From positions 2,061,918-2,125,917 of the forward strand of contig MU004188.1 in assembly GCA_010093605.1 (NCBI GenBank): 64,000 bases of DNA, written 5' to 3'. This document shows, piece after piece, positions 60,316 to 64,000 of this stretch (positions are counted from its first letter, which is position 1; each line of letters opens with the position of its first letter). The DNA is from Lophium mytilinum (Eukaryota). Both the position numbers and the translations under genes were made by a program. The notes under the pieces are model-generated. The model had not been told where the DNA came from. It was given only the letters and a program-made list of their open reading frames with translations, and made no database searches.

Positions 60316-60972
60316 GGAGTATCCTGGTAAGCTTTTGAGATATCAAATTTGATGAGGAATCCTACACAACATAAATTGGGCCATCGTTTGACTGGCTGGA
60401 GACATACTGGCTGGGGTAAACCTGACATTGGTATCCAGTTAGAAAGAGAGGGGTTACGGTGTTGCGAATTGAAGCTCTCGAGTATTGTGGTATGCTTTTG
60501 AACCTCTGAATACAGTGTAGAATCCCGCACACTATAAATTGGGCCACCTTTTAACTGGCTGAAGATATACTAGCTGGGGTGCACCTAACAGTGGTACCTA
60601 GTCAGCAAAAGAGGAGTTATGCTCTTATGGATTGAAGCTTTGGAGTATCCTGGTATGCTTTTGAACCTCTAAATACGATGGGTAGTTCCACACAACTCAA
60701 ATTGGGTCACCGTTTGACTGGCTAAGGACATACTAGCTGGGGTTAACCTGACAGCGGTACCTATTCAGCAAAAGTGGAGTTACGTTGTTATAATTGAAGC
60801 TCTAGAGTATCTGGGTATGATTTTAAACCCCTAATTACGATGCAGAGTCTTATACAGCACAAATTGGGCCACTGTTTGACTGGCTGAAGACATGCTACCT
60901 GGAGTTAACCTGACAGTGATAACTGGTTAGCAAGAGATGCGTTATGTTGTTACGAATTGAAGCTTCAGAGTA
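60316..60972 (+). repeat. Diverged non-coding tandem array, ~4 units of 162-163 bp
   Basis: AAATTGGG(C/T)CA recurs at 60373, 60536, 60699 and 60861; ACTGGCT, ACCT(G/A)ACA and ATTGAAGCT recur with the same period. Confidence 0.92.
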
Positions 60973-61102
60973 GCGTCTTGTTCTTTCTCGCTTCATTTGA
61001 AAACTGGAAGATATCGGAACTTATCATGTTCATTTAGTTAATGTTACTGCATGTTGTACCATTTCGAACATGCCATAAGTCGGGGAAGCCACGCAGCGCC
61101 TA

Positions 61103-61941
61103 CTATAGACCACCGCTCTTCTCACCACCTTTCTCCACCTTCGCAGCCTTCTTCTCGGCCTTCTTGGCAGCTTTTGCGGCAGCCCGCCTCTCCGCCCTCG
61201 TTGTCACGCCCTCCGGCTCCTCCTGCTCCTTGGCCCCCTCCGCGTCCTTTTCCGCCTTCTTTTCCGCATCTTCTTCCTTCTCCTTCACCTCCCAGGCCTT
61301 CACCGCCTTCTTGACCGTCTGGCACGGCCCCTTATGGTTCGGCCAATCCTCCCGCTGGCACTTCCTCCCGCAGTACTTGTACGCGTTGCACCCAGTGCAA
61401 ACCTGCAACCCCCCAGTAGCACCGCACGTCTGGCAATGATCCGGGATACGGCTCCCCTTCGGGTAGTAGAGTGTTGGCTTCCAGTCCTCTGGCTTGACTG
61501 TATCTAGGCGCTCAAGTTGTTAGACCTCATCTTAGACGTTGCAATCCAGCAGTATCAATCACCATCCTCGCCCGTCTCCATGTAGGACTTCCGCCGCACA
61601 ATCTGCATCATCCCGTCCGGCGTGTCTTGCATGAAATGCTTGCCGTCAAACTCGCTCCAGTACGCTGGCGGCACGGCGTCGACGATCACTTTGCCGTCGT
61701 TGTCCGCGAATGTCTGGAGTTCTGCGGCGCGAAAGGCGGGATTCGTGGCGTTTTCCTTCCAGAATGAGGAGGCGGGGTTGGTCGGGTCGAATCGGGCCAC
61801 CATGAGCTTGGCGTAGTCTTCGAGCTCGGTGATGGAGAGGGCGGAGAACTCTCGCTCAATGTCGGGGTCCTCTGGCATCCTCATGAAGCGCAGGGCCGTG
61901 AGTGGGTCGTCGAGGTCGGGCTTGGTGGTGGGAGGCGGCAT
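61103..61941 (-). CDS. MYND-type zinc-finger protein (259 aa), paralog 1
   Basis: Phase-1 intron 61504-61562; CQTC...CTGC....YCGRKCQREDWPNHKGPC followed by a Lys/Ala/Glu-rich tail. Confidence 0.85.
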
Positions 61942-62304
61942 GGCTGAAGTTTTGTGGAGGGTTTGTGAAGAGTTTGTGTAGAGTTCTGCGTGGAGTTTGG
62001 TGGCGGTGTTGGTGGATTGGAGTGCGAGAGTTTAAGGGAAGTGGGAGGCGTGTCCACTTTGGGTTAGCCCGCTGATTGGGGTCACCTGATTCTTAGCGAC
62101 CAGAGGAATTGCTTTCCAGCGACTTCCTGCAAGGCGCAGCCAATCAATATTCTCAGGAATCCCGATCCGCTCCTGTGCGCACTTGAAGAAATGGAACCGC
62201 ATTTGATCACTGCGCAAAGCAAGTATTCAGAGGGTGTTTTCGAGAGCTTTGGTACCATGGAATCTTCTATGTTCTTCTTCATACCAGCCCCTCTAGGAGA
62301 TTCC

Positions 62305-63214
62305 TTCAGTTTTCCGCAACTTCTTCCATATCAGAATTTTCTCCAGAGCCCTCAAAGTTCGCACCGGTTCCTTTGGCTTTGAGAGACAATTCGTTCCCTT
62401 CTTGCAAACACACTTCAGGACGATAGATGGTCGGCTTCAAGCCCCCTGAGGCGATTGTATCTACAGCGAGCGGATTAGCTTAGGCTTTAGAACTAGTCTT
62501 CTTAAGAAAGTACCGTCAGTCTCACCATTTGCCCGAGTTTCAAGACAAGCCTTTGCGCCTGGTAGTATATCCTGCAGCCGTCTGTTGTGCGAAGTGCTCT
62601 CCCTCATTCTCAGACCAGTATGCAGGTGGGACTGCATCAGTAGCTGGCAGACCATTTTTGCCGGCCAAAGCTTGCAGCCTCTTTGCATGCAAAGCTTTGT
62701 CAGGACTGCTTCTGTGTGTTGCGGGCGCAGATCCCGTCGAGCCAACCTGATTCAAGGCCATCTCTGCAAAATTGTAGATGTGATCGCTCGTGAGTGTTAC
62801 GGAGTCGCTGCCGCTGCCGCTGTCATCGCTGTTGGCGCTATCGTATGCATCGTCATACTCTGCCTCGTAATCTTCCCAGTCATCATCTTGAGTCACCTCC
62901 TCTGCGGCATTCCCTGCTTCGGAATCCATGGTGCCTTCGCGGTCGACCATGGAGCTGATGCCATTGAAGAGAGGGGAGGATTCGGCCATGGACTCAGGGT
63001 CGTTGGGTTCGAGCTTTGGGAGCATCGTTTCTGTCTGTTGAGAAGTATTGAGACTCCTTTGCTGAGGGGGTTGAGAGTTCGGAGAGGCAAACATGTAGTG
63101 AGACGGGGCACGAGGAGATGAAACTCGAGGTGATTGACATCGGAAAACCTGCACCGGTTTAATAGGAGTGCTCAGCATATTTGAGAAAGGTGAATTGTTC
63201 CATACTGCGCTCAC
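62305..63214 (-). pseudogene. Degenerate paralog 2 of the MYND gene (frameshifted, finger lost)
   Basis: Shares DAVPPAYWSE.(D/E)G.HF.Q.T..G with paralog 1. A +1 frameshift near 62551 hides RRKACLETRAN. Intron 62461-62525 is followed by DTIASGGLKPTIYRP, with no Cys finger after it. Confidence 0.6.
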
Positions 63215-63626
63215 ATCATTCGAGCAACTCGCAGAACTTGTTTCAACCGGTGAGGCTGCTTTCGATAGTATGTTACACCAACAAAGGCACTTTCAGTATT
63301 AAGAACCCGAGGTAAGGTTTCTGTCATCGAGTGTACCTTCGAATGCATGGACATCCAACATTCTGGAGAAACTAGGTGAGGAATGTTGGGAATGAAGTGG
63401 GTGGTAAAGTGTTCAACTTGATACGCCTCGATGAGCTACACTACTCGCGATAATCGTAGAGGTATCGATATCATGAACACATAAAGTCTTTGGGTTTCTA
63501 TGCTATATCTTTCCAACTCCATGCCCAATGCTTGCCTATGCTGTCACCATCACCGTTCTTACCACATTGAATGAAAGGACAGTCTTGACGGGAAACCCTC
63601 AGTAGTCAGGGAACTCCGCCCATGCC

Positions 63627-64000
63627 CTAGTTCCGAGCAGCGTCCATAAGATGATCATCTCTAGACAGGAACTGCGGGTTCCAGAGTCCTTTAGCCCAAG
63701 TCTTTGCCTGCCGGCAGTAGTGCTTGTGCAATCCCACCCAGTCTTGAACCTGACATGCCCTCGAGCAGTACATTGCCACACCACAGCCCGCGCATTTCTT
63801 TAAATTGTCCGTCGAATGACAGGCGAGACAGCTAGCCGCCCGTGGGAGTCCTGTTCCTGTGGTTGGTCTGTAGACAACAGGCATCCAGCCCTCCGGTATT
63901 CTCTCTACAACTATATCAGCACTTGGGCTAACGTTTGGAAACATATCGGCGCGTGGCACGTACTACTACTAGATTCTGAGCTCTTGGCGCAGGCAGCAGG
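63627..64000 (-). CDS. MYND-type zinc-finger protein, paralog 3 (5' part lies beyond the window edge)
   Basis: Last exon 63627-63904 reads RIPEGWMPVVYRP...CLAC...CAGC....YCSRACQVQDWVGLHKHYC. Intron at 63905-63963. Confidence 0.8.

Noticed and set aside
62700..62730. CTGCTTCTGTGTGTTGCGG resembles the MITE TIR at 46188
   Set aside because: Short partial match inside a coding remnant, with no partner TIR or TSD.
1716..63121. Numerous long antisense or alternative-frame ORFs overlapping real genes (for example 2056..2730, 53387..54157, 59245..59922)
   Set aside because: Shadow ORFs expected from high GC3 and strand skew; their products are low-complexity with no motifs.

Overview
Filamentous-ascomycete (Pezizomycotina-type) genomic DNA: short spliceosomal introns with CTAAC/CTGAC branch sites and RIP-mutated, TpA-rich transposons. 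From left to right it holds a mitochondrial IF3-like ORF, a secreted beta-propeller protein, a RIP-killed Tc1/mariner, an 8-exon GH2 beta-mannosidase, an F-box-like orphan, a complete 7.9-kb RIP-killed Ty1/copia element (151-bp LTRs, TAAAG TSD, extra 3' ORF remnant) and a J-domain gene. These are followed by a ~10 x 98-bp non-coding array with hairpins and a DUF3632 pseudogene. A ~20-kb accessory block of non-self-recognition-type genes comes next: two tandem PNP_UDP NLRs (NB-ARC-TPR and NACHT-ANK), a CorA-like membrane protein, a RAI1/DXO-like nuclease, a CCHC knuckle/coiled-coil protein, a HET-6-like remnant and a membrane protein. The right part has a MITE, a divergent FDC1/PAD1 pair, a PHO89 transporter, an MDR oxidoreductase, a spliced knottin-like peptide gene missing from the ORF track, a G1 peptidase, a 4 x 163-bp hairpin array and three tandem MYND-family paralogs. 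The most novel-looking signals are the two structured non-coding tandem arrays, the knottin peptide and the immunity-like gene block. All family assignments come from motif recognition by eye; no database search or folding program was run.
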